Virus record (IMG/VR): IMGVR_UViG_3300042350_001802
Location: 63,228-127,227 of that record
DNA length: 64,000 bases
Direction: 5' to 3' (one strand)
DNA from: a virus
Shown here piece by piece: positions 18,236 through 29,417 of the stretch. Positions within the stretch are counted from its first letter, which is position 1; each line of letters starts with the position of its first letter. A model generated the notes under the pieces. It was not told the DNA's origin, did no database searches, and saw only the letters and a list, made by a program, of their open reading frames with translations. The translations under genes were made by a program, and so were the position numbers.

Positions 18236-21214
18236 ATGGCAACATATATTAAAGGATTGATGGATAGCCCGCTTGCGGTGACACCGTTTACTCCAGACTA
18301 TAGTTTTTTGCAGACTGTAATGAAGACAAAGGATGCAGAATACGAACAGGGGTTTGCGAAAGTTAAAGGTTTATATAACTCCCTACTCAATTCAAAAGTA
18401 TCTAATGCTGAGGATCAAGAGGTTCAAAAAGCATATATAGCTGATGCAGAACGCAAGCTTCAAAATCTTGCAAGTGTTGATTTATCTGTTCCGCAAAATG
18501 TAGGAATTGCAAATAGCGTATTCAAAACATTTCTTAATGATGATGAGTTGATGTATGATATTAATCTCACCAAACTTTCTGATCAACAACTAGCATTAGG
18601 ACAATCTTTTTTATCATCCGATGATGAAAAACAACGTGCAAAACATTCTTCTATATCTGATGAATACGTTAAAATACCTACAGATGAGTTAAAAAGAGCA
18701 AAGCGTGGGGATGGTAGTATTCTACAAGTGAGACCTCGTTATTATGTACCTTCTGTTAATCTATACGAAAAGTTTAAAGGATTCTTAGATGTTTCTAAGT
18801 ATAAAGCAGTACAAGAATCTCCAAATGGACAGGGATATATATTTACTACTGTTGATGGTAAGAAGGTAGAGATGGGGGTATACAATCTTATGAATGGTCT
18901 CCTTACAGGAGATGAGCGTAAATATTTTGATGCGTGGGGTGAAGTTGTTTTTAATCGTGAAGTTAATAACTACTTTCAGCAAGGAATGTCTGATAAAGAT
19001 GCTCGAATGGCTGTTGCTACAAATCTTTATACAGAAAACCTTGAAGCATTAACTAAAAGTAAAAATGCTACTATTGCAGATAAAGCTCTTGTAGATGCAA
19101 AGATTACATCTCTTCAACAATTAAATAGACCTCTTACACCATATGAACAAGAACTATCTACCAGCTTAACAATATCTGCATTAGATTATAAAAAAGCTAT
19201 AGATTATTATGAATCAACTATTAATAAAGAAATATCACAAAAGGATGACACCATTAGAAAAAATTTTGAGGGTAAGTCAAAGGTGTTTAGTGATATGATC
19301 TTAGAAAGAGATCTTAGATCAATAGCAAAAGGTGTTGGAACTTTAGCTCAAAGTTCAGAAGTTAAATCTGATGATGCATACTGGAAAAAACTTGAGCATT
19401 TACGCGGTATGGAACAGTTGGAAATAAATCGTATGAAAGCTATTGCAGGTATGTCTGATGGTGATTCTGGTGGAGGTAGTGGTGGTGGAACAGGTGGTGG
19501 GGGTCGTAAATTAACAGAAGCTGAAAAACTTTTAGCAAAAACAAACACCCCAACATATGAAGGTTTACAAGCTGTTCCAAAAGATGAAGGTAAACCCCTA
19601 CCTAGATTTTATAATAATCTAAATATGATTTATGATGCTATGATGGATGCTGGTATAAAAGGAATTGGTGAAATGTTAGGGGAGGAATTTAGTAAGGGAG
19701 GACCAGCTGCAATATCTGTGCTTACAAACTTTTTAGTTAAGAAAAAACAAGAGGGTAAGTTTTTTGATGAAGCTGTAGAAATTAACAGAGGAACTGGTCC
19801 AGAAGCAGAAGCAATGAGACAGTTTATAAAAGTTTACAAAGAAGATATTACACCATATTTATCTAAAGCTGGAAAGTTTGGTCCTAATGATCCTATCTCT
19901 TATGGAGATGTATATGATTTTCTTTTAAATAGATCATATACACAGTATGATAGTCAAAAGGAAGTTTTTGGTGATGCTAAAAAAATTGAGCTTTTGAGAA
20001 ACTCATTTGGTCAAATAGAGCAGTTAAAACAACTTGCTGATATATATGAAAACGATAAGCAAACTCTTGAAGATAAAGTTTATTCGCAAGCTGATATTAT
20101 TCTTGGTCCTGATAAATATGATGTTTCGTTATTGTTTAAAACAGATGCTAACGGTTATAAAAGATTGATTACAAAAAACGAACTAAATGATATTTATGCT
20201 GCAAAAAGATTAGAGATGCAGAAAGAATTAGCAGCAAAAGGTTTTTATAATAGAGATGATGTTGCCAGATCTACTAGAATGGCAAATGTTGTAAATGATT
20301 ATGATAAGATAGAAGAAACTCTTAATAAATATGTTGGAGAAGGATTAACTGCTAATAAATTTACTCTCAGCAAAGAAGCATTAAGTCAATTTGGAACTTA
20401 TTATCTTCCATTTAGATCTGATGTTCCTGGTGAAGTTGCAGAAAATTCTATAGCAATGCTATTAAGTGATGCTAATTTAAGTGTTGGAAAAGATAATACT
20501 AAAAATGCTATAGATCTTGTTCCTTTATTAGGAACAGATGATTTATCTCAAGGTGATGTAGATGCAGCACGTAAGGTACTTGCACAACTTGCTTCTGATT
20601 TAAAAAATCCTGATAGCGGATATAGCGGAACGGTACAGTTTAAACAGTTTACTGGTGATCGCGCAGATAATAGAAAAGAGTATGTTATTAGAATAGACTC
20701 TAAAAAACTTCAAGATCAAGCAGATTTTTATGAGAAGAAAGATAATCGTACTAACGAAGATTTGGTAATAGGTAGTATATATAGAAGGATTATTAAAGAG
20801 GGAGGTGTATCAGTAAGAACAAATGATCCTATACCAGGTGGTACAGGTGAGTATAATGTATTAGAAAGATATTATCAATCACGAAATAAGTATACATCAC
20901 CAGAAATGGCAAAAGATCTTTATCAGTTTACTATTCTTAAAAAAGTTGGGGATCAGGGGTATGAACTATCTCCTGATTCATATTATATGGTTAAAAACCC
21001 TACAACAGGAGCTCCTGAAAAGATTAATTTAACAGGTATTGATTTTCCTCCACAATCTAGTTTTTTAGGACTTGCTGCAGAAACTACAAACTATATTATT
21101 GCTAGAATAGAAGCGTACACTAAAAAGCTTCAGCAGCAGCAAGCTAATCCTGGAAATACTAAAGTATATATGCAAGATATACTTAATCAGTATAATTATA
21201 AACCAGGTCAATAA
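18236..21214 (+). CDS. Large virion cargo/ejection protein
   Basis: 992 aa, helical, with a glycine linker and no Cys seen; first gene of the giant-protein cluster. Confidence 0.6.
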   Translation: MATYIKGLMDSPLAVTPFTPDYSFLQTVMKTKDAEYEQGFAKVKGLYNSLLNSKVSNAEDQEVQKAYIADAERKLQNLASVDLSVPQNVGIANSVFKTFLNDDELMYDINLTKLSDQQLALGQSFLSSDDEKQRAKHSSISDEYVKIPTDELKRAKRGDGSILQVRPRYYVPSVNLYEKFKGFLDVSKYKAVQESPNGQGYIFTTVDGKKVEMGVYNLMNGLLTGDERKYFDAWGEVVFNREVNNYFQQGMSDKDARMAVATNLYTENLEALTKSKNATIADKALVDAKITSLQQLNRPLTPYEQELSTSLTISALDYKKAIDYYESTINKEISQKDDTIRKNFEGKSKVFSDMILERDLRSIAKGVGTLAQSSEVKSDDAYWKKLEHLRGMEQLEINRMKAIAGMSDGDSGGGSGGGTGGGGRKLTEAEKLLAKTNTPTYEGLQAVPKDEGKPLPRFYNNLNMIYDAMMDAGIKGIGEMLGEEFSKGGPAAISVLTNFLVKKKQEGKFFDEAVEINRGTGPEAEAMRQFIKVYKEDITPYLSKAGKFGPNDPISYGDVYDFLLNRSYTQYDSQKEVFGDAKKIELLRNSFGQIEQLKQLADIYENDKQTLEDKVYSQADIILGPDKYDVSLLFKTDANGYKRLITKNELNDIYAAKRLEMQKELAAKGFYNRDDVARSTRMANVVNDYDKIEETLNKYVGEGLTANKFTLSKEALSQFGTYYLPFRSDVPGEVAENSIAMLLSDANLSVGKDNTKNAIDLVPLLGTDDLSQGDVDAARKVLAQLASDLKNPDSGYSGTVQFKQFTGDRADNRKEYVIRIDSKKLQDQADFYEKKDNRTNEDLVIGSIYRRIIKEGGVSVRTNDPIPGGTGEYNVLERYYQSRNKYTSPEMAKDLYQFTILKKVGDQGYELSPDSYYMVKNPTTGAPEKINLTGIDFPPQSSFLGLAAETTNYIIARIEAYTKKLQQQQANPGNTKVYMQDILNQYNYKPGQ

Positions 21215-21233
21215 AGTTTAAATTGTAAACAAG

Positions 21234-24200
21234 ATGCCAGATAAAAGTAATATTGACCCTGGGTTTGGTGTTTTAGTACCTAACAGACCATATGATGTTC
21301 CTGAACAAAGAACACCTGTGGTTGCACCTCCAGGTCCTTTATATGGAGAAGGACCATCTGTTTTACAAACAGAACAGGAAGCTCTAGATAAGTTTAGAAG
21401 ACAAGCTGGTTCTCATTTTGAGTTTCAATCTCTTATACAACCTATTCGTTATGATGATCCAATGTACGATAAATTACAACGTACATTTGATAATGCTGAT
21501 AGAGACTATCTATTTCAGAAGTTGGGGTTTATGCCTAACAGAGATAATGAAGATTTGTTTGCTAATAACTTAACTAGATGGCAGAAGTTGGGACTTGCAT
21601 GGGATCAGATGGGAGAACTTGCAAAAACTACATTTGCAGAGCAATGGGAAACAGAAGCAGAGTTTTGGGGTAATCTTGCTACAGCAAGAGTGAAAGACGC
21701 TTTCCTACCTTTTGGTGATCAAGAAGAACTACAAAGCATGTATGATAACATGCAGTCTATTAGTAGTAATAATTACATCCCATTAACTTCTGAAGAAAGA
21801 GCTGGTGACTATGGATTTGGAAAATTTTCTACAGCGCTAGGACAGTTTGGATTTACACTAGGTACAATAGGTGCTTTTGCTACACAACTTGGACTTGAGT
21901 ATGCATTTGCTGCTCTCACTGCTCCAGAAACAGGAGGAGCATCTATAGTAGCTGCTGGTGCTAGTACAGCAAATAAAGCAAGTCGATTACTTCGTATAGC
22001 TGAGATGTTTAAAAATCTTAATCGTTTTGAGAATACTGCTCAGACAACTAATAAGATTAAACAAGCATATGATTATTTAACTAACACACAAAATCTAAAA
22101 ACAGGTTTTGGTAAGTTTTACTCTTTTTCCAAACAATGGAATGCTGCTGCTGGAGAAGCTAAATTTGAAGCTGCTTTTTCTTATGGGGATCATGTTAACT
22201 CAGAAATAGAGAAAGCTAAACAACAGGGGATAACACTTTCATTTGCAGATAGAGAGAGAATTGAAAAGGATGGGATGGAGATTGCAATGAGAAACGGTAT
22301 AACAAACACAGGATTATTGTTTGTTATGAACCGTATGAACATGAACAATCTCTTTAGAGGTCCTTTTAATCCTCAGCGTCGTTATATGACCGAACTAGCA
22401 TCTAGTATACAAGATGACTTAGTTAAGGTGGGTGGGAAGACTATGTCTCGTTTTGAGGTTCCTTTCTTTACAAAACAAGGAATGCTTCAAGCAGGTAAGA
22501 GTCTTGGTACATGGACTGCTAATAGTGCTTGGGAAGGTGTTCAAGAAGTGGGTCAAGGTATATCTTCTAACTACTGGGAAGCATTTTATGATAATAAATA
22601 TAGTGAAGAAAAGGTAAACAATCTATATCTACTTGGTAAAACCATTGGGGATAGATTAGAAAGTAATGAAGCTTTTGAGGAGTTTATCAGTGGTTTTATT
22701 ATTGGTGCTCCAGGTAGTATGGTGAATGCTGGGTTAGGTAGATTAATGACCAGTGGTGCACAACGTGCTCAATATAAACAAGCAGTTAGTGACTATGCAA
22801 AGAAAATAAACGAATACGAGAATGATCCTTTAAGAGTGTTTGATCAGCGTAAAGCTAATGCTAATACGCAAATGTCTGTTTCTAGTCAAATGGACGAAGC
22901 TGTTCGTACCAATAATGTATACGCATACAAGAATCTTTCAAAAGAGCAGATGCGTGATATGATTATGTTAGGTATTCGAACTGGAAAACTTGATTACATG
23001 ATTGGCAATATGAAAGACCAGGTTGCTAATATGTCTGATGAAGATTTTCAAAAACAGTTCGCTATGGTGTCTGATGCTACTAATAGAAAGAAAGCAACAG
23101 ACTACATTAACGCTTTTGAACAAGAATCTATTAACATTCTTAAGGAGTATGATAAGACTAAACAACTTTTCCCAAATCCATATAGTAACACAAAAAATGT
23201 TGCAAAGGGTTCCCCAGAAGAAATTAATCAAAAGATTAAATATCAAGCGTGGGAAGATGCTGTACAAGATTTAGTATTTGAAAGAAATAACTACAACGAT
23301 ACGTTAAAACGTATGCGTGAGATATTAGGAGACTCTAAGGATTATATTGGTGATGCTCTTTATAACACATACCAGATGTTGACATCTGATAGAAGTGTAG
23401 ATAAAGAAATATCAATGCTTCAGTTAGAGATTGCTAATGATCTGAAGATAGAAAACAAAGATAAATCCGTACTAGACAGAATCAATAAAAAGAAAAAGCA
23501 GATTGAAGCTCTTAAAAAATGGAGACAGTCATACACTGCTATAGTTGATTTTAGAGATAACCCTCAACCTATTGACTTACTTCAAGATAGTACAGCAGAT
23601 CAGGAATGGAAAAATAAGTCTCGTGATGTATTTGAGGAAGTGTTAAATGCATACCAACTTGATGAAGATCTTACACCTCTTACATCAGAAAATGTAGGAA
23701 GAGCATATCAGGGTGTATTGGATTTTATTCAACTCCAAAAAGATAACGAGACAGCTGTAAAGAACATATCCTTTTTATCTTCTCCTGAAGGGTTTGATCA
23801 AAACTTTGGACAACGTGCATTACAAGCAGAACTTTTTTATAACAAAGTGCTACAGAATAGAAAAGAAACTATTCAAAAAAGAGAAGCTGTTTTACAAGCT
23901 TTAGAAGAGGATGCTGAGTTTTACAATCGTCCCGATGTACAGGAACTTGTTCAGATATTAAACCAAACTATTGCTGAAAGTGAGCATGATGCTTCTGCAG
24001 TTATTCTTGATATGCTTCAAGAAATATATGAGAAGGGAGAAATTGCAGAACCTGTAAATATTGAAGACACATCAAAAGACAGTGCAGATAAACCACTTAT
24101 TGGTGAAACACCGGAAGGAGATTATCTTATAGCATTTGAGGGCGTTAACTATCAAGTGTTTAAAGATGAACCAGAACTATTCTATGTAGAAATGCCAGAT

Positions 24201-27200
24201 GGTACTATTGATCCTATTGAAAATATTAATGTGCCACAAGCAGTTAAAGATGCTTTAAAAGATTATATAGCAAAAAAGACACAACCTCAGCAACCATCTA
24301 CTGCTGTTGTAGGTGGTCCACCTCCAAAATCATCTCAACCTTCCAATTTAACTTTTACAGATTTTCTTTCCAAGATTGCGAATGCGGATCAAGCAACTCT
24401 ATCTGGATTAGCTGAGGACATATCTAAAAATGTTACCACTGCACCATATTCTAATTTTAATAATGCAGAGCTTGGAATGATCTATGACGCTATGGAAAAA
24501 AGACAAGCGGAATTAGATTTACAAGCACAGAAAGCAAAACCAAAAGTTGGAACTAAATCTGAGAATGACACAGACTTTATACAAGAATATAATGAAGCTT
24601 TAACTAAGGTGAAGCAAATTGTTGATAAAGAAGGTGTTACAGCAAATGAGGTGAAAGCTGCATTTGCTAGCATGATGACTGTATTAAATACACTAGCTGA
24701 TGCTGCAGTACGTAATAAATACATTGCTAATCTGATTACACAACAGAATGCAATTATTGATCGTATAAATAAAATTAACTACGCTAAAAACCCAGTTCTC
24801 ATCAAGTCCACTATAGATGATATCTTTAAGAATAATACATCTTTAGAAACAGCAGTTCAAGAGATATTGGTGCTGTTTGAAAACTCTACAGATCCTTCTA
24901 TCAAAGAGGAAATGATATCCTATTTTGAAGAAGCATTTAAAAAGAAGGTAGATGAAATGACTGAATCTTTGAAAGCACTTGCAAGTCAAGGAGTTACATC
25001 AGAGGTTCTTAAAAAGTTTGCAGAAGAGACTACAAAGTTTAGAAACAATGTCATCGCTAGTCTTAACGAACTAGAAACACTTAGTGGTCAGATTGCGGAT
25101 GAAACAGCTAATAATAACTACAACCTTGCTGTAAGTGTAGATGAGTCTTTTACAAATCCTACACATAGGTATATTATTGATAATATATCACCCACCATCA
25201 AAGCAACTTTGTCGCAAACCATTGCGATAAGAAACCTTGTAAATGCTGGTATTCTTACAGAAGATGAAGTTGCAACTACCGACCAGGATATTTTAGTAGA
25301 AGCAAGCGATCTTATCAATCTTGGAGTTGCTCGTATTTTTACAATCGGTATTAACAAAGAGCTTCATCGCTATTTTACTCTTGGAAAGAAGGATAGAAAG
25401 AAAGACTTAGAAGATATTATAGCAACATACTTAGAGACCAAAGATGACGATTTTAAAGGACCAATAGCTTTAGAAACAGCTCGTGAGTTTATTAAAACTG
25501 CAGAAGACAATGGTCAGTCTGTAGATGTTCTTTTAGAAGCTTTAGAGATTCCCACTACATCAATTATTTCAGACGAACATAGAGATCTTCTTGATAAACA
25601 ACGTCGTGTACTTAATGACTTGCTTAGAAATAACGCAACATTAGATATAATGACAAGTCTTGATGAAAGACAAAACACCGCTCTTTCTTCTCTAGGAATG
25701 GAGACTGTTGAACCTTCCTATTTTATTGATGGAGAATTTATAAACAAGCTATCAAAGCTCTCTAAGAAAGATGCTGATAAGGTGGCAATGAAGTCTGAAT
25801 TAACAGCACTTGTAAATGAAGTTAAAGACGAAACTGATATAAAAGTTGCTAATAAGAAGATAAATACGTTTGTTCAAAAGTATGCATCAAATAATGCAAG
25901 AGCAGCTTCTAATCTTAAAAATGTTGTAATCTCCACTGTTAGTTATATATCTCAAACTCAGAATGCAATCGACAGTGGTGAAACCTCTAAAGAACCTCTT
26001 ACAGATAATGATATTAAGGGTGTTCTAAGTGGGAACACTGTCCCTTTGACATTAGCGCAGATCAACCAAGTACAGGAATTTGCTCTAAATGTGGTACTTG
26101 AGGATGCCAAGAAGACATTCAATGTTACCAGTGGGTATGTGGGATCTATTGATTTTACACCAGAAATGCTTCCTGATCCAACCGCAGGGTTTAGAACTAA
26201 GTTTTCTGTACTTCGTATCAAGGAAGCAGGTGATATAAGAACTTTAGAAGATCTTAATGCTCTTCTTAAAGTGGAGAATAATACAGTTAACACCCATACT
26301 GCTCTTAGAATGATAATGGATAGTGACTTTTCCACTCCTTCTGAGAAGATGATTGCGGGTAGACTTCTTACTATTATACCATCAACTGAAACTATTACTA
26401 TTGACAACGCTCAAGAAGATCTTGGTACATACGATGTTGATACTAATATGGTTACCATCAATCTTGCGTCAGTAGGATATAAAGAAGATGCTCCAACATA
26501 TCCAGTAGAAACACTTATTTTACATGAGCTTTTACACCGTGTAATCGAGGTAGAAGCATCTAACCCTAAGAGTTCTTTTTACAATCAAATTAGATCTGTA
26601 ATAGAGGTTGTAAAGAACAACCCAGCATCTAAAACTTTTTACGCATTCCAAGGAAATCTCACTGAAGATGAGCAAGTTAGAGAGTTTGTAATAGAAGCAC
26701 TCACTAATCCTGCGTTCCAATACCATTTGTCTCAGATTCAATACGCAAAGAGTGGAAAGACAGCATGGGAGAAGTTTGTAGATGTGTTGGTTAAGATGCT
26801 AGCAGCAGTCGGTATTAATGTAGATGGTACAGCACTAGGAGAAGTTCTTAATGTAACTGACGATCTTTTAAGATTTCAAGCATCAGAGGAAACACTTAAG
26901 AGAATATCCGTAGCTAATAAAGAACAACTTGGTGAATTACAAAAAGAGGTTGAGTCTGATACGACTATGATACCATCTGTAAAAGATGCTATGATGTCCT
27001 TGATTAACAAGAAGTTACAAGGATATGCATCTGCTGAGATGTACAATAAGACTAAAACCATGAATCCATTTAAAGGATCTGATGGTATAACTTATTACTA
27101 TGCAATTGATAATGGGTCTCTACTTGTAGTACGTAAAGGTCGCGATGGTTATAAAGAATCTAAGAAACAGTCTATTAAGGTTGAGATTATAAATCAATTG

Positions 27201-29417
27201 ATTAAAACTAATAAGATTGGTTCTTTTATTCCTAAAAACATTGTAGAAGAAATCTTGAATGTTGCTGGTGATCCTAAAGTGATGGGCACTTATTCTAGCG
27301 GTGCAATGGTGAGTGATGGTGCTACTATTGGTGAAACACGTTTTCCAAATGCTTCTGAAGTAGTTGTAGAAATACCAATCAGAAATCCTCAAGATTATAC
27401 CAAGTTTAAGAATGACTTCTGGGCAGCTATGAAACTCCGTGGTGCTGCACGTGCAGGTGCATTGGATACAATGCGATCTAAGTATGGATCTACAGCAGTT
27501 GGTGATTATGGTGAATTAGCTAATGCTATTGGCAGTCGTGCAGATATAGAGCGTCTTGTTAGAATGGGATATATTTCTATTGGAAAAACTGGAGCTAACA
27601 CTCTTGGTGATCTCACTTATGATACTAATCTGACACAGGATGAGTTATTTGAAATGTATAAGTTTGTTTTAGGTGGTGGTAAACTTGATATGTCAGAGTA
27701 CTCCGATATATCAAACTATATCAATCGTACTTTATCTTCATTGTTTAAAGTTCCAATCTCTGCTGAACTTCAAACAAAAATAGAATCAGAACTTTTCAAT
27801 ATTGAACAAGAAGAATACGATGAAGTGCCCCCACCACCTGCTGAAGATGGAGTGGTTATATTCTCCACTACTAGTAAGGGGATGGAAGAAGATCCTGCAG
27901 CATACGCAGCAAATAAAGATGATATTGAACTTACAAACACTGCAGTGGAAACTAATCCGTTAAGATCCTTCTATCCTGATGGATATACAGATTATAATAC
28001 TGGTGAGTTTGTAGAGAATAAGCAATTTAAACTGTATTACAATAAAGTGAGAGCAGTTGTAAATGCTTTATCTGTAAAGAATCTTGAGGAGTTGAAAGGT
28101 GTTATGGTCACCTTTGATATTGACAATGAGTTTCTAAGATGGGATGGATCTGCACAAGATAGTGAATGGAAAGAAGCACAGAAAGGTGTAGTAGGATACT
28201 TATCAGATAATAAAGGAAACCCATATATTTTTAATAAGAAAGGTGATATTGTTGGTACACTAGATCGTAACAACCTTGCAGATCAGAAAGGATTAAATAA
28301 TGGGGAGAACCAGATTGTATACTTCTATACGTTTGCTAATCCTGAAAGACCAGCTGCTAAAGCTGCACAAAAGAATGATCCTGAAGGTTTTGCAAAACTT
28401 ATGGAAATGCGCAAGATGGTTATGTCTGGTACTCCTGTAATATCAGCACTAACTAGTGTTTCTCAAGGACAGTTTAATAAGAAGGTGTTAGTTAATCCTA
28501 CTAATGCTAATAGACAAGATACGCGTAATGATGAGTTTAGAGATCAATTATTACAACCCCATGTAACATTTGCATTCTCTAATAAGTCTGGAACACTTCT
28601 TGCAAACGTAAAAGCTCCTAATGGGTCAGTCAATAGTTTTGGATTGTTTGCACCTAATATGCGATATGTTTCTATAAAAGTTGGTGATAAACAAATGCCA
28701 ATTACAGATTATGTTATGGAACTTATGCGTGTATATCAAGAGGTGTTGCTTAGAGATCCTAAAGCAGCAGAGCAAATCCAAAGCGGTCTTGTAATGTTTA
28801 ATAACAATATGTGGTTGACAGGACTTGATAAGAACGTTCAGATTCCTAAAAGTCTTCGTAGAGTGGGGGTAAAAAAATACACTACAACAGCACAGGGTAA
28901 AAGACTACCTAGTTTAAACTATTATGATTTGTTTAGCGTGGTGAATGGTGTTGTAGTAATGAATGATAAAAATGCTCAGCTTTTAAGAAACTATCTGAAT
29001 AACCAACCTATGAATATTTGGTCTCAGTGGTTATCTGGAAAGCAAGAGTTTATGATTCCAGTGATTGTTACACGTGGTGATGAAAGAAGTATTACATTTG
29101 TAAAGAAAGATTATAAAGAGTTCTTATTCAAGGATGTAGGGTTGAAATCTAATGTTGTAGAGATTCCTGCAGAGGAGTATTTAACAGCATATAATTCAAT
29201 TGTTCACTTTACAGAAGGACAACCTTTGAATCCTGTAACACAGGTGATAGCACCAACAACACAAGATTTGATTGATGATCCAAACGCGATAAAGAAGTCT
29301 ATTGAAAACGTCGGTGATGATGTTAAAACAGATGAAGAAGAAATTAAAGCTCTGAAAAAAGGAAGACGTTTTAAAGTTCCTGGGTACACTGAAATATTTG
29401 AAAAAATCTGTAGGTAA
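21234..29417 (+). CDS. Giant ejection protein with a zincin-like domain
   Basis: 2727 aa; N-terminal hydrophobic G/A-rich helices; HELLH (26523-26537) followed by EFVIEALTNPAF; adjacent to the RNAP gene. Confidence 0.7.
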   Translation: MPDKSNIDPGFGVLVPNRPYDVPEQRTPVVAPPGPLYGEGPSVLQTEQEALDKFRRQAGSHFEFQSLIQPIRYDDPMYDKLQRTFDNADRDYLFQKLGFMPNRDNEDLFANNLTRWQKLGLAWDQMGELAKTTFAEQWETEAEFWGNLATARVKDAFLPFGDQEELQSMYDNMQSISSNNYIPLTSEERAGDYGFGKFSTALGQFGFTLGTIGAFATQLGLEYAFAALTAPETGGASIVAAGASTANKASRLLRIAEMFKNLNRFENTAQTTNKIKQAYDYLTNTQNLKTGFGKFYSFSKQWNAAAGEAKFEAAFSYGDHVNSEIEKAKQQGITLSFADRERIEKDGMEIAMRNGITNTGLLFVMNRMNMNNLFRGPFNPQRRYMTELASSIQDDLVKVGGKTMSRFEVPFFTKQGMLQAGKSLGTWTANSAWEGVQEVGQGISSNYWEAFYDNKYSEEKVNNLYLLGKTIGDRLESNEAFEEFISGFIIGAPGSMVNAGLGRLMTSGAQRAQYKQAVSDYAKKINEYENDPLRVFDQRKANANTQMSVSSQMDEAVRTNNVYAYKNLSKEQMRDMIMLGIRTGKLDYMIGNMKDQVANMSDEDFQKQFAMVSDATNRKKATDYINAFEQESINILKEYDKTKQLFPNPYSNTKNVAKGSPEEINQKIKYQAWEDAVQDLVFERNNYNDTLKRMREILGDSKDYIGDALYNTYQMLTSDRSVDKEISMLQLEIANDLKIENKDKSVLDRINKKKKQIEALKKWRQSYTAIVDFRDNPQPIDLLQDSTADQEWKNKSRDVFEEVLNAYQLDEDLTPLTSENVGRAYQGVLDFIQLQKDNETAVKNISFLSSPEGFDQNFGQRALQAELFYNKVLQNRKETIQKREAVLQALEEDAEFYNRPDVQELVQILNQTIAESEHDASAVILDMLQEIYEKGEIAEPVNIEDTSKDSADKPLIGETPEGDYLIAFEGVNYQVFKDEPELFYVEMPDGTIDPIENINVPQAVKDALKDYIAKKTQPQQPSTAVVGGPPPKSSQPSNLTFTDFLSKIANADQATLSGLAEDISKNVTTAPYSNFNNAELGMIYDAMEKRQAELDLQAQKAKPKVGTKSENDTDFIQEYNEALTKVKQIVDKEGVTANEVKAAFASMMTVLNTLADAAVRNKYIANLITQQNAIIDRINKINYAKNPVLIKSTIDDIFKNNTSLETAVQEILVLFENSTDPSIKEEMISYFEEAFKKKVDEMTESLKALASQGVTSEVLKKFAEETTKFRNNVIASLNELETLSGQIADETANNNYNLAVSVDESFTNPTHRYIIDNISPTIKATLSQTIAIRNLVNAGILTEDEVATTDQDILVEASDLINLGVARIFTIGINKELHRYFTLGKKDRKKDLEDIIATYLETKDDDFKGPIALETAREFIKTAEDNGQSVDVLLEALEIPTTSIISDEHRDLLDKQRRVLNDLLRNNATLDIMTSLDERQNTALSSLGMETVEPSYFIDGEFINKLSKLSKKDADKVAMKSELTALVNEVKDETDIKVANKKINTFVQKYASNNARAASNLKNVVISTVSYISQTQNAIDSGETSKEPLTDNDIKGVLSGNTVPLTLAQINQVQEFALNVVLEDAKKTFNVTSGYVGSIDFTPEMLPDPTAGFRTKFSVLRIKEAGDIRTLEDLNALLKVENNTVNTHTALRMIMDSDFSTPSEKMIAGRLLTIIPSTETITIDNAQEDLGTYDVDTNMVTINLASVGYKEDAPTYPVETLILHELLHRVIEVEASNPKSSFYNQIRSVIEVVKNNPASKTFYAFQGNLTEDEQVREFVIEALTNPAFQYHLSQIQYAKSGKTAWEKFVDVLVKMLAAVGINVDGTALGEVLNVTDDLLRFQASEETLKRISVANKEQLGELQKEVESDTTMIPSVKDAMMSLINKKLQGYASAEMYNKTKTMNPFKGSDGITYYYAIDNGSLLVVRKGRDGYKESKKQSIKVEIINQLIKTNKIGSFIPKNIVEEILNVAGDPKVMGTYSSGAMVSDGATIGETRFPNASEVVVEIPIRNPQDYTKFKNDFWAAMKLRGAARAGALDTMRSKYGSTAVGDYGELANAIGSRADIERLVRMGYISIGKTGANTLGDLTYDTNLTQDELFEMYKFVLGGGKLDMSEYSDISNYINRTLSSLFKVPISAELQTKIESELFNIEQEEYDEVPPPPAEDGVVIFSTTSKGMEEDPAAYAANKDDIELTNTAVETNPLRSFYPDGYTDYNTGEFVENKQFKLYYNKVRAVVNALSVKNLEELKGVMVTFDIDNEFLRWDGSAQDSEWKEAQKGVVGYLSDNKGNPYIFNKKGDIVGTLDRNNLADQKGLNNGENQIVYFYTFANPERPAAKAAQKNDPEGFAKLMEMRKMVMSGTPVISALTSVSQGQFNKKVLVNPTNANRQDTRNDEFRDQLLQPHVTFAFSNKSGTLLANVKAPNGSVNSFGLFAPNMRYVSIKVGDKQMPITDYVMELMRVYQEVLLRDPKAAEQIQSGLVMFNNNMWLTGLDKNVQIPKSLRRVGVKKYTTTAQGKRLPSLNYYDLFSVVNGVVVMNDKNAQLLRNYLNNQPMNIWSQWLSGKQEFMIPVIVTRGDERSITFVKKDYKEFLFKDVGLKSNVVEIPAEEYLTAYNSIVHFTEGQPLNPVTQVIAPTTQDLIDDPNAIKKSIENVGDDVKTDEEEIKALKKGRRFKVPGYTEIFEKICR

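Noticed and set aside
19455-19505. GGT-rich repeat; also GAA- and CAA-rich tracts at about 13660 and 14090
   Set aside because: These encode low-complexity Gly, Glu and Gln linkers, not DNA-level elements.
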